Assembly (NCBI GenBank): GCA_002269645.1
Contig: NIVC01000725.1
Coordinates: 1 to 64,000, forward strand
Direction: 5' to 3'
DNA from: Macrostomum lignano
Lineage: Eukaryota
DNA: 64,000 nt
Within the stretch, counting starts at the first letter, position 1. Every line of letters begins with the position of its first letter. Below the pieces are notes generated by a model. It worked only from the letters and a program-made list of their open reading frames with translations, had not been told where the DNA came from and ran no database searches. Shown one piece after another: positions 1-18,037 of this stretch. Made by a program: the position numbers and the translations under genes.

Positions 1-5258
<5,258 letters not shown>

Positions 5259-5704
5259 CTTTGCTGTAATGCAGCTTTTCAGCGCATAATGTACAGTAAT
5301 GCAAAAAAATCGGATATCAATAAAATGACAAATCTGTTTAAAAATTAAACAGTGGTACCCGGCACGGTTACCTAGGTCTCAAACTTTTGTATATAAAGGT
5401 TTTAAGCAAAAATTGTTTTTGCTTAAAATTATTTTTTTTTAAAAATAATACATTTTTACATAACGTTGTACATACCTAAAGAGTCTTTTTAACACAATTT
5501 GTTATAATAGTAATACAAAATTACGACTCTTGTTAACCCGTCAAGGGTTAACTGGGATTTATATGCATTTCAATGTGGGCGTCCTGCAAATGACAAATAA
5601 TCCATACAAATAAAGACTTTCCGTGACAATATTTGCGTTCTCCGGGATTTTATTTGGTAATATTCAATAATATCCCGTAAGTCTTTATGTCTATGGTTTA
5701 TACG

Positions 5705-5888
5705 AGATTACACATGCCTTTTTCGGGAGTTATTTTCATAAATCCCTCGGGTCTGTCGGTGCGGCTGCCGCTCCGGCGGCTGAGGCCGGCCCTGGCTGTC
5801 ATCGGCGGCTGCTGCGTGGCGCCGCAGAGTCTGGGCGGCGGCCCTCGTGATTTATACAAATAACTCCCTCAAAAGGCATGTTTAATCT
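5705..5888. mobile_element. Fold-back/MITE-like element: 40-bp imperfect inverted repeats around a 104-bp GC-rich core
   Basis: Arms 5705-5744 and 5849-5888 match at 35 of 40 positions by manual alignment. Confidence 0.6.
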
Positions 5889-6526
5889 GATACTTAAACC
5901 TCTCAATCAACTGATCCGTATTACCCGACGTTTCCAATTAAGTAGACCTTACTTATATTTATTAGTCTTTTATGCGTTCTCACTGGGCGTCGCATATACC
6001 CATCGTCCTAAAATACTTTAATTATACGTACTGATCGATGATGTTGTTACAGTGTACATGTAGATGTCATAGCTGTTCACATAGAGCTCTATTCTTCAGA
6101 TAAAAATACAAGTGTCCGAGTCCTTCGTTCAATATCGCAGCAAAAACACGTGTCTTTGTGGTAGTATTTACCCTATGTTGTACATGTACATGTAGATGGT
6201 ACAGACGTATACATGTACGTACATGTTGTAGAGTCTAATGTACATGTACAGTAGCTAGTACATTTTTTTTTCTAGACTAAAAGCAACGAAAGTTGTCACG
6301 GTATGCCTTTATTTTATCAACAACTAATGAATGTACGGACTGTCACAAAATCAATACTACACAATTATTGGCCGTTTAATTATTGCATGTACAGTACCGC
6401 GTGTACAACCTGTACATGTAAAATTCACAACACGTCATGCATGCAATACCTACGTATAAGTACGTACTAGTCGCTGCTAGTAGTATGCATGTATATATAA
6501 ATTTCACGTACATTAATGCTTATAAA

Positions 6527-6925
6527 TTAACCACAATTCTGTAACCAGAATCGGCCACATTCGTGTTGCAACTTGTAAATCCTTGCTCCGTCCAAAAATA
6601 GATGAAGCTTTATTGCACCATGCATTGGCAATGTACAATGGGAGAAAATAAAATTTAATCCGTGTACAACGCCGAAGTGATAGTAATTGCCAGGCTCCAC
6701 GCTTTCTAACGACAATTGATCACGAGGTGTCTGCATCAGACTTCGATAGTCAGCAGGAAGCTCGGGATGAATTTCTAGCATTCGCCTCAGAAGCTAGGTC
6801 ATTAACTGAGGTCACTGATGGGTTATTAGCAATTGCACCCAATCAAACAAAACACTACGCATTCCATTGGAGTGCTGCCGGTCAAACTCATAAATTTCTT
6901 CCTTAGCAGAGTCAGAGCCTGACAA
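6527..6925 (-). pseudogene. Decayed CACTA/EnSpm-like (CMC) DNA transposase fragment
   Basis: HPELPADYRSLMQTPR...GNYYHFGV...IKLHLFLDGARIYK...RFW parallels the animal CMC/EnSpm transposase pattern LPKDARTLLKTP..G.YYHFG..NIDGLPLFKS..QFWP. There are stops and frameshifts upstream of 6781 and the match ends at 6527. Confidence 0.65.
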
Positions 6926-7309
6926 AATGGAAAAAGTTAGTTGCAATTTATTAATGACATGATGATACGCTCGAGAGGGCTAAAAGTAATCAATTCGATG
7001 ATTCGACCACGGAAAATTTTCTTATGTGGTTCCCAAACTGCACTAGCTAACTGAAACTATAACTGATTGAAACTCGTTTGGACTAAAATGCGTGTACCGT
7101 TTAACTTTGAGCTACCGCTAGAACTGTCACTAAAATGTCCGCTATCTGATGCATGTACTGTAAATGCTTATAGCACAGCTTCAGTTATAGACTACAGTGA
7201 TTCAGTGAAAATTTATAATCAGCAAATTAACAACTTAATTACACAACAGAATTGAATTAACAAATGCAAAGAGGCCATAAAACCCACGTACGCAGCTACA
7301 TGTATCTGT

Positions 7310-7408
7310 CCACAGGAAGCGGGGATCGAACCGTGGCCCAATCCGCTAACCCAATCCTGATCAACCTTCATCCAATAGCAAATTAGCCGCTCAGATGAGC
7401 TCCTCATA
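7310..7408 (-). mobile_element. tRNA-derived SINE-like head (Pol III A/B boxes), not an intact tRNA
   Basis: The minus strand has GAGCTCATCTGAGCGG (A-box-like) and GGTTCGATCCCC (B-box). The acceptor and T stems pair poorly. Confidence 0.45.
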
Positions 7409-9464
7409 TCTTCTTTGTATTGTTGTTTCAGTCAAAAAAGCAAAGAACAATTGCTGAATGAACTTCAGCATATATTGAGCACGGCATGCCATCAATTAGT
7501 CTCTTGATATAAACTTCTAATGAATCAGTTTTTGACGCTACATGTATACGCGACTGAATATGGTGGACTTCGCTTAGAATGCATTTATTCTACAACAAAT
7601 TGAGTAATCGGGTGTGATTTTCCAGTGGGTTATATTGATGCTTTCAAACGAATACTCTTTAGGACCTTACTGTCAGTAGTAGCTAACTAACGGGCAACCA
7701 TATTATACATGTATGAAGACGTTTTTCACCCGACCATCAAAATCAAAATCAAAATATAAAGTTATTCTCGGCGCCTTCAGCAAACTGGAAATTTAATAAG
7801 CTCATTAATTAATTGTACGTGTAATGTAGCTTATAGCAGAAATATCTGATTAATTGTAATTGCCATCAGCTCAGCTATAGCTGCATGTACACTCGTACAT
7901 GTAGCAGAAAAACAGTTTCAGCTTCCGTATCGTCGTCCAGCGAATTTATTTTTTCATCTTATCTTCGAGCTCCATGTACGAAAAGCTTTGCATAATTAAT
8001 ACAAGCGGGAACAGATTATTTTATCCGATTAACAGAACAGAGTTTTTCAAAAAATCTCCGACAAATTCGTCTATTTTGTACAGGTATACAAACATGCATA
8101 TGATGCTACTAAAAGTAAATGTGCCGCAAATGTGCGGTATTTTCCTTCGTTGAATGTCCCACATTGTTCCAACGTTTTTTCAACAGCCCATACGACTATT
8201 CACTTTGCCCAAATATCCTTTTGGTTGGACGAACGTTTTTTGGCAGCCCGGGCATGTAACTACTACTATTGTGTGGTTTACATGGTAAATAGGCATTCAG
8301 CTTTAGGCAGAACAAATTGTCTTTGCAAATTAATTGCTACACTCTATGTTTAGGTATTCTAACGAGCTAATTCAATACATGCTTATCTTTTTGTCAGCAA
8401 CCCGGCCCCTGGCCCAGCAGTTGTAGTAGTATAACCACCTCATGCAGCTTGGCTGCAACTGTTATTTGTGTGTGATGAGTCAAAAAAAGATGAAAATTAG
8501 CTTTGTGTTATATAACGGGCTAACTTATCTTAAATATAACTTATCAAGCTATTACGCTCGTAATTGTATCAAATACACAAGAATATATGTAAGTAATTTG
8601 TTATCTGCTTATATAGCCATCAAAATATGCACCACAATTATGTTCTTTTGACATGCAAACACGCCGCAAAAGCAGATCAAGTTCGAAGCCACACAGTGCT
8701 CAGCATGATCAGTATCAGTTTCCTCCTGATACCTTAGCTAGATGTTTTACGTCACCGAGTTCATCGCTACAGTCAAAAACTTCTCTTTTATTTTCTGTAG
8801 AACTGAGCTGAACTTTCTGGTGTTGACAGAAATTGTAACGAAATAACTACGATGCTGTAGACGAAGAAGCCCCGAATCTGCGCGTGCCTGTTATTACCAA
8901 AGCGAGGAAACCGCCCACATTTGCAGTAAACAAGCATGCAAGCGTGTCATTTGGGAATCAATTAAAGGCGGGGGTATAAAAAACTTTTATCGAAAAAAAC
9001 ATTAATTGGGGACTGGTTTCCTTATTTTTCGCTGCATTTGAAAACTTGTTTCGATTCAAAATTGCAGTATGAGCTTTCATTGAGTAGAAAATTCGGTTTT
9101 GTTTTCGCAAGTTTTGTGTAGAATACGCAGAAAATACAATTAGCTAATTTCTAAAGATGATGTCTTGTGATAGCTACTTTATACAGAAAATTAGAGGCTT
9201 TCTCACAGTTAGGACGTCATTCTGGTAAATTTATACGATACGATCGGATCGTAATTACGCAGCGTCAGATTGATATGTACTTTTGCAGTTGAGGAATTTT
9301 ACACTTATAAAATATTCGATGTTGTCTTTCACTCTTTTTCTACTGTCTGTTTCACTGGAATATTTTGAAGGAAAATTTCAAAAATACATGTCAGGTTCAA
9401 TTTTCTACAAGTCTACAAGGACAGGAAGAATGTTACTACTATTTTACACGGGCAGTACACTGTA

Positions 9465-10535
9465 GTATATCCATTGGAGTCAATGTACACTCAGGGAGGG
9501 AAGAAAGGAATGAGTTAAAGGAGGGCAGGGCCATGGACTTATTAAGTGGGGTTTATAATTGTATCCATTGGAGTCAATGTACACTGACTGCAGGGGAGGG
9601 AAAGAAAGAAAGAGCTAAATGAGGGCAGGGATGGACTTATTAAGTGGAGTTTATAATTGTATCCATTGGAATCAATGTACACAGCAGGGGAGGGAAGGAA
9701 AGAAAGAGCTAAATGAGGGCAGGGATGGACTTATTAAGTGGAGTTTATAATTGTATCCATTGGAATCAATGTACACAGCAGGGGAGGGAAGGAAAGAAAG
9801 AGCTAAATGAGGGCAGGGATGGACTTATTAAGTGGGGTTTATAATTGTATCGATTGGAGTCAATGTACACAGCAGGGGAGGGAAGGAAAGAAAGAGCTAA
9901 ATGAGGGCAGGGATGGACTTATTAAGTGGAGTTTATAATTGTATCCATTGGAATCAATGTACACAGCAGGGGAGGGAAGGAAAGAAAGAGCTAAATGAGG
10001 GCAGGGATGGACTTATTAAGTGGGGTTTATAATTGTATCGATTGGAGTCAATGTACACTGCAGGGGAGGGAAGGAAAGAAGGAGCTAAATGAGGGCAGGG
10101 ATGGACTTATTAAGTGGGGTTTATAATTGTATCGATTGGAGTCAATGTACACTGCAGGGAGGGAAGGAAAGAAGGAGCTAAATGAGGGCAGGGATGGACT
10201 TATTAAGTGGGGTTTATAATTGTATCGATTGGAGTCAATGTACACTGCAGGGGAGGGAAGGAAAGAAGGAGCTAAATGAGGGCAGGGATGGACTTATTAA
10301 GTGGGTTTTATAATTGTATCGATTGGAGTCAATATACACTGCAGGGGAGGGAAGGAAAGAAGGAGCTAAATGAGGGCAGGGATGGACTTATTAAGTGGGG
10401 TTTATAATTGTATCGATTGGAGTCAATGTACACTGCTGGGGAGGGAAGGAAAGAAAGAGCTAAATGAGGGCAGGGATGGACTTATTAAGTGGGGTTTATT
10501 GTATCGATTGGAGTCAATGTACACTGCTGGGCAAG
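9465..10535 (+). repeat. Minisatellite, 94-bp unit, ~11 copies
   Basis: Unit ATCCATTGGAATCAATGTACACAGCAGGGGAGGGAAGG...TTATTAAGTGGAGTTTATAATTGT repeated in tandem. Confidence 0.95.
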
Positions 10536-11384
10536 GAAGGAGAATTAAAGAACTAATGAGGCTGGTTAGTTAATAAAACTGAACTCGCTCGACAGAACAA
10601 TTAAAGCCAAAAGTGGATACAGATGGAAGAATTTTTTCAGGATTGATTTTGCTTTACGAGTATAGCATTAACTAGTTCTTTTATCTGCTTGCTGACAATA
10701 ATTTCTCCCAGAAACAAATTAGCTGAATTAGCTAGTGCAATAGCTCGCAAGTTTTCTGATTTGTTTACCGAAGAAGCGTCTGAGATACTTTTAAATTTGA
10801 CAAGACGAGCTCTGATGAACATTTAGTAACGAGTGCACTTCAAAATCAAATCACAATACGCTCGTAGAAATTATATTATAAATCTTTATTTTCTGTCCAT
10901 TTACGCGTCTTTAAGCTGCTGTAAGCTCGATCTTAATCTTTTTTGACGCATCTTTTAATCCTTCCTTTCGAGAAAAAATTCCACTGGTATAATTGCCACC
11001 TCTGGCAAGGATTATACTGTACGATTTCTTCACGGAGAGCAGAGGTTTATGGGATGACGCTTATTATTTTTCTTGCTCTAAAAAGATGAGTGCCTGCGCT
11101 TTGCGCTTGAAACACTAGGCCTCTAGACTACAGATCAAAACACTTTTGGGCAAGCGATCAAAAACCCATGCATGGGCTTAATTACGAGTTTAAAGGTCAC
11201 ATTTTGGCCTGCGATTAGGACAAAACATGAAAGCCTGTTTTGGACAAATTTCAGGACGAAGCCAGCTTTAATTTTATTAATTTTTCACAATTTAGTTTGT
11301 CATTATTAGTTGGGCGCAAACCTCTACGATTTTTAGGGGCCAAGATTCACTCATAAATTTACAATGTACATTGCTCTAGCTCCG

Positions 11385-11935
11385 AGATAACCAGTCAACC
11401 CAGCGAATAAACGGACACGAGATTCTAAATGTACATTGCTTCCCCGATCCAACCAGTCTATCCCGCGAGCAGACGGGGACGAGATTCTAAATGTACATCG
11501 CTTCCCTGATCCAACCAGTCTATCCCGCGAGCAGACGGGAACGAGATTCTAAATGTACATCGCTTCCCTGATCCAACCAGTCTATCCCGCGAGCAGACGG
11601 GGACGAGATTCTAAATGTACATCGCTTCCCTGATCCAACCAGTCTATCCCGCGAGCAGACGGGAACGAGATTCTAAATGTACATTGCTTCCCCGATCCAA
11701 CCAGTCTATCCCGCGAGCAGACAGGGACGAGATTCTAAATGTACATCGCTTCCCTGATCCAACCAGTCTATCCCGCGAGCAGACGGGGACGAGATTCTAA
11801 ATGTACATCGCTTCCCTGATCCAACCAGTCTATCCCGCGTGCAGACGGGGACGAGATTCTAAATGTACATCGCTTCCCTGATCCAACCAGTCTATCCCGC
11901 GAGCAGACGGGGACGAGATTCTAAATGTACATTGC
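11385..11935 (+). repeat. Minisatellite, 62-bp unit, ~9 copies
   Basis: Unit AAATGTACATCGCTTCCCTGATCCAACCAGTCTATCCCGCGAGCAGACGGGGACGAGATTCT. Confidence 0.95.
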
Positions 11936-12824
11936 TCTCCACGTCTAGATTTAAGTGTGCTGCACAAGATGAGATTTTCTACGAAAAGTTTATAAACGCC
12001 AGTTTAGCAACTTTTGCTCCTAATTACGGTTCATTAATCATTCGTGCCGATGTACTAAAAGCGAACGCAGAGCATCGACGTGAAATCTCCAACACAATCT
12101 CAGCAATCATCATCAGCCAATGCTTATTAATCGCGCGTGATTTTTGCGCTTAATGATCATTTCTTTAAAACAGATTTTTTGTCAGTTTTTTTAATCTAGC
12201 AATAAGCCGGAACGCAAAATCATTAAATTCGAGATCGATTTTTTATTTCAGCTTTAAAAACTAAGACACCGTACCAAACCGAGTCTCTCATTAAGTCAGA
12301 ATACATTTTTCAGATTCGCAAACTGTCATTCTATCCATCAGGAATTGACTCGATCTGGAGGGGCATCATTTAGAAACACCCGCGAGTCGGATTGCTCAAA
12401 TTTCCTTGACGGCTTCTAAATTTGCTTTTTCATCATACTCACGATCAGTATATCCGACCTTCTGGCATTCCTTTCGGCATTTAATCTCACGACGGCTATG
12501 AGATTGGCTCTTTCTGTGTAAGCCTCACTTTTTAATCTCTTTTCAATATTGTTTCCTCCCAGCTATCACCTTCTGACAGCGAGACAAATAAATATCACGA
12601 GACCTGGATTGGGACAGAAGAGTTGCGTACATCTAACTCACTCGAATCAATAAACTGTTAGCGAGATTCCCATAGCTTCTGTTAATGCATTTCATGGTCG
12701 ATTTAACGATCAAGTTGATGTAGCTGGAAAGTGCAAACACTAACAAAGAACGGTTGAGGATGTCAAAGATAATTACATGCAATATCGAATCCTAATATGA
12801 AATGAGCATTATGCATGAGAAAAA

Positions 12825-13280
12825 ATGTAGCTGGCGCCCCTCTGTAGCTGGCGCCCTCGCTGTAGCTGGCGCTCCTCTGTAGCTGGCGCCCCTCTGTAGC
12901 TGGCGCCCCTCTCTGTAGCTGGCGCCCTTCTGTAGCTGGCGCCCCTCTCTGTAGCTGGCGCCTCTCTGTAGCTGGCGCCCCCCTCTGTAGCTGGCGCCCC
13001 CCTCTGTAGCTGGCGCCCCCTCTGTAGCTGGCGCCCCCCTCTGTAGTTGGCGCCCCCTCTGTATTGGCGCCCCCCTTTCGCCCTCGGTAGTTGGCTTCGC
13101 TCGGTAGTTGACGCCCCCTTTGTAGCTGGCGACATCTGTATCTGACGCCCTCTCTGTGGCTGGCGCCCCCTCTGTAGTTGGCGCCCCTTCTGTAGTTGGC
13201 GCCCCCTCTGTAGTTGGCGCCCCCTCTGTAGCTGGCGTCCTTTCTGTAGCTGGCGTCCCTTCTGTAGCTGGCGCCTCTCT
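12825..13280 (+). repeat. Minisatellite, ~19-21-bp unit CTGTAGCTGGCGCCCCCT(CT), ~22 copies
   Basis: Seen directly. Its reverse complement resembles the 2.4-3.7 kb unit. Confidence 0.93.
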
Positions 13281-13734
13281 CTGGAGGTGCTCCTTGCTGT
13301 CACGGCTGTACTATAAACCATTTTCGTCTGAAACAAGAATTAAAAATTTCCTCAGCGTGGTTACTGGGTGCAAGTTATATTTCTCAGAGAGAGGATTTGA
13401 TGGAACAAGAAATCGGACCGCTCGACTTTCAGTGTTTCAAACAGACTTTTCAATTTTTCGAATAAGGCAATAAGAAGTTTTGCAGCACGTTTCTAAGTAT
13501 ACGAGCCTCGTATATAACTGCAGTTTTTCAATATTTCGAAAGTGTCCGTTTTTTAGTTAGCTTTGCCCCGTCTGCTGCGGCAGTTCAAAGGCGAGCTCAG
13601 TCGACCCGCAGCGACGGAGGAGACAAGCAGAAATGCTCATTAGCATGCGTATAGCGATCCACTTTAGGTTCTAATCATCATACAGCTTGCTATTGCTCAC
13701 CCAGGGTGCAACAGGCGGAACTGCAGGACAGGAA

Positions 13735-13741
13735 AGAGGAG

Positions 13742-13837
<96 letters not shown>

Positions 13838-14545
13838 GTGGAGGAAGATCGGAGGGAAAAGAGAGGGAGGCGAAAGAAAGGAGAAAAGGAGAGAGAAAGG
13901 AGGAGAGTGAGAGGAGGAGAGGGAGAAGAGGGAGAGGAGGAGAGGGAGAGGAGGAGAGGGAGAGGAGGAGAGGGAGAGGAGGAGAGGGAGAGGAGAGGGA
14001 GAGGAGGAGAGGGAGAGAAGGAGAGGGAGAGGAGGAGAGGGAGAGGAGGAGAGGGAGAGAAGGAGAGGGAGAGGAGGAGAGGGAGAGGAGGAGAGGGAGA
14101 GGAGGAGAGGGAGAGGAGGAGAGGGAGAGGAGGAGTGGGAGAGGAGGAGAGGGAGAGGAGGAGAGGGAGAGGAGGAGAGGGAGAGGAGGAGAGGAGAGAG
14201 AGAGAGAGAGGGAGAGGAGAGAGAGGAGAGAGAAGAGAGGAGAGAGAGAGGAGAGGAGAGAGGAGAGGAGAGAGGAGAGAGAGGGAGAGGGAGAGGAGGA
14301 GAGGAGAGGAGGGAGAGGGAGAGGAGGAGAGGGAGAGGAGGAGAGGGAGAGGAGGAGAGGGAGAGGAGAGGAGAGGAGAGAGGAGAGGAGAGAGAGGAGA
14401 GGAGAGAAGGAGGAGAGGGGGAAAGAAGGATAGTAAGAGGGGAGAGGGGGAGAAAAGGAGGAGGGAAGGAGAAAAGGGAGAGAAGGAGAGGGGAAGATGG
14501 AGAGAAAGATGACTGGGAGAAAGAGAGGGCAAGAAAGCAAGAGGG
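13735..14545 (+). repeat. (GA)n followed by a GGAGA/GAGGA low-complexity polypurine tract, ~800 bp
   Basis: Almost exclusively A/G on the plus strand. Explains the ER-rich and SL/P-rich spurious ORFs. Confidence 0.97.
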
Positions 14546-15177
14546 AGACTGTATTTCCTAAATCTACTAGTCGTGTATGTGTACAAAATGCTATCTGACG
14601 GATGCTAAAGGATGGAAATTATAAATAAATAAGTATTATTACTGTAATTATTTTTTTGGAAAAAACAAGTTTTATAATCTGCCGCATGCACTGAAGCTGC
14701 AGCTCATAATGAGATTTTGATTGTCAGCTTTGCATAAAATCGAGATACCTTTAGGAGCAGAGGTTTAATGAGAGAGGAATGAAGAGATAGAATTATGGGA
14801 GAGAGAACTGAAGCACTGCAATTAGGCATAACTATTTAATGAATGCTTGCCAAGAATAACAGCGAAGCGACTTCTATCTGCAAGGGTGAAAGGGTTAAAA
14901 ATGAAGTGATTTTTCTATTCTTAGAAATGTAGCTATAGTTGGGAAAGAAGAATTGACTTCCTTTTTGATTTGCTTCTCAGCTACTAGTGCCCCGTCTTTG
15001 GCAGCTTCCCTGCCTGTTTCTTGCCAGCTCAGCCGCTCAGCTCTACCAAAGTAATTAGCCAGACAGCTAAGAAGTTTGAGATTGCGAATCCGGCTTAATC
15101 CGTCAAGTCTAGAGTCCTTTTTCTGTCTCGTTTAGCAGCTGTGTTCGAGCCAGAATAGGCATGTCTAGACACGCTTA

Positions 15178-15720
15178 TCTAGGCGAGCCCCCACCCCTCT
15201 CACCCCCAAATTACAAACCCTGTAGGCTAGCTCCCGGCCACCCTTCCAACCCTTAATGTACACACCATTGAGACTAGCCCCCACCCTTCTCACCCCCAAT
15301 GTACAAACCCTCTAGGCTAGCTCCCGGCCACCCTTCCAACCCTTAATGTACACACCATTGAGACTAGCCCCCACCCCTGTCACCCCCAATGTACAAACCC
15401 TCTAGGCTAGCTCCCGGCCACCCTTCCAACCCTTAATGTACCCACCATTGAGACTATAGCCCCCACCCCTCAATGTAAATACCATCTAGGCTAGCTCCAA
15501 CACCTCTCCCCCTCAATGTACACACAATTGAGACTAGCCCCCACCCCTCTCACCCTTAATGTACACACCATTGAGACTAGCCCCCACCCCTCTCACCCTT
15601 ATGTAGACATCATTGAGACTAGCCCCCACCCCTCTCACCCTTATGTACACACCATTGCGACTAGCCTCCACCCCTCTCACACTTAATGTAACACACCATT
15701 GCGACTAGCCCCAATACTCT
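15178..15720 (+). repeat. Minisatellite, ~43-bp unit (CTAGCCCCCACCCCTCTCACCCTTAATGTACACACCATTGAGA), with an alternating two-unit pattern at the left end
   Basis: Seen directly. Confidence 0.88.
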
Positions 15721-17099
15721 CATTTTCAATGCAACAGCTACTTATCAAGGACCACTTCTGTAGTATGACGGGATGTAAACCTCAAGGATGCTGTATATTT
15801 TAGCAAGAATTTCCTGGAAAAATATGACAGAGATAGGAAATAGTTAATCATTTCTTTCATCACGAAAGATTCATCACGTAATTCAGCATGCACAACATGC
15901 TACTCTGCTATATTTTTTATAGTTTTTTATTTCATGCCCAAACCAATTTAAAGCTGTACATGTATACTCACGGGTGAAATATTTGTTTTGTAATTTCCTG
16001 AATCAAGGTATTATTTGTAATAAAGTTTTTGCATGCAGGTAGCTACTCTTGGCCTTAAGCAGGGCCTTAACTTAACTTGATAGCTTTCTAAACACTGCGT
16101 CAACAACAATATAAAAAATGATATTGGTAAACTTTCAATTACATTTAATTACTTAGAAAAGACTACGAATAGCTACTAATATGTATTTAAATTATGGAAC
16201 TACCTTCAATAATGGCTTAAGAGTACCTGAATGCAACAATTTTATTACAAATATACTTGATTCAAAAAGGAACCAAACAAAGATTTCATTCGTATGTACA
16301 GCTTTGGCTGAGGCTTATGAAATAAAAAATCGATATGAAGATATAACTTTCACTACACAACTCGCTCGTGCTAAATTTAAAGGAATGGTGATCTTCACTG
16401 CCCCAGTGCAAATTCAATCATTGATTTTGTGATGAAAAAATGATTATTCCCTATCTCCGCAGTGTATTTTTCCAGGAAATCGACCTAAAATTGAACACGA
16501 TTTATATCGCGCGAGTTTTATGTCGTGTTTGATCCTTGCTACTTTCATGTAGAGCATTATTCTTCATCTTCGAATTTAAAGTCGACATCAATGTGGCGAA
16601 AGTATTTTTTGGCAAGCGTGAGTGGTTGCTTATAAATTTAAATGAAACCTATAAAGGCTGAGTTTGCCGATGTCAATACCACAGAAATGGATCTATGCAG
16701 ATTCTAGAATTACCTCAAAACTGTACACACCTCCATTTCGTATCCACTTTCACCCAGCTCGCCAACCCACGCGCGCTACACGCAACTGATTCCGGCTTCT
16801 TTAGGAAACTTCGATTGAACGTATTACACGCGCTGTTTGCGTGACGCTGCATTGAAAGGATAATAGCTACTCACTTCTACCTTGGGAAAATATTAAATCG
16901 ATACACTCGCAGAACCCGATATCCTGTCAATAGCTGCCCTTGGAGTCGATGAGGTCAAAGTGAATCTGGGATTGATCAATCAGACACGATAGATATATGA
17001 GATTTTTTTCAAGCTGAATAGAAAGTTAAAGACTCAAGAAAAACAGATGGGTTCAACTACATCTATGAAGGGATTTCCTCTATCTAGATCGCTGCACCG

Positions 17100-17512
17100 A
17101 CTCCCTCTAGATCTCTGCCCTGATTCCCTCTAGATCTCTGCCCTGATTCCCTCTAGATCTCTGCCCTGATTCCCTCTAGATATCTGCCGTGATTTCTTTT
17201 AGATCTCCGTTCTAATTCCCTCTAAATCTCTGTTCTGATTCAATCTAGATCTCTGCACTGATTTCTCCTAGATCTCTGCCCTGATTCCCTCTAGATCTCT
17301 GCCGTGATTTCTTTTAGATCTCTGCACCGATTCACTCTAGATCTCTGCTCTAATTCTCTCTAGATCTCTGCAGTGATTTCTTTTAGATGTCTGCAGTGAT
17401 TTCTCCTAGATCTCTGCCCTGATTCCCTCTAGATCTCTGCTGTGATTTCTTTTAGATTTCTGCACTGATTCCCTCTAGATCTCTGTTCTGATTCTCTCTA
17501 GATCTCTGCTAA
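17100..17512 (+). repeat. Minisatellite, 23-bp unit CTCTAGATCTCTGCCCTGATTCC, ~17 copies
   Basis: Seen directly. Confidence 0.92.
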
Positions 17513-17869
17513 TTCCTACTCAAAAAAGAATTCGCGTAAAAGTGCTGCGGTTAGAAATCCTACAATAGTTTAAGTATTTCACAGATTATTTTCAATTTTA
17601 ATGTTTTAAGACATCAGCATTGAGTTAGATTTTCCTTTTCTCAATTCACTCTTAGAAGAAGCTATGCAGTTCGTGAAGCCCACTCAACTTACTTCCGTTC
17701 TACTCGAGTAAGGCACTTGAAAAACGGAGCTTATATACGATATCGTTCAAGTGCTAGCAAACAGCCATGAAAATATTAGCTTTACAGTGAATGCTTACAT
17801 TGAAAGCCTGTTAAACTTTTAGAATGTGTTGACATACACGCAACAAGAAATTGTAGTCATCATCTACAT

Positions 17870-17990
17870 CTCCATTGGCTGACCAATGAAAACAGAACGC
17901 AGAATCTTATATTTAATGGCGGACAAGCAGTGACGAGCAGAAAATTGCAGCATATTTTGTAAATTAGTTTCAAATCTTATTTAAAAACAC
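17870..17990 (+). promoter_or_regulatory. Candidate promoter of the prohormone-like gene: paired CCAAT boxes, TGACG half-site, TATA-like TATTTAAA
   Basis: ATTGG-CTGA-CCAAT at ~17874-17887, GTGACG at ~17930 and TATTTAAAA at ~17979, upstream of ATG 18038. Motif match only. Confidence 0.3.
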
Positions 17991-18037
17991 CAAAACTAAT
18001 CAATTACTAAGAGGTCCAACGTTGTTAAAAGTAGGAA

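Noticed and set aside
7310-7408. Functional tRNA gene
   Set aside because: The B-box is present but the cloverleaf stems do not pair. Treated as SINE-like.
13671-14586. ER/G-rich and S/L/P-rich long ORFs
   Set aside because: A by-product of the polypurine tract, with no start context or splice support.
16181-16432. 83-aa ORF upstream of the prohormone gene
   Set aside because: AT-rich with no motif and no consistent downstream exon.
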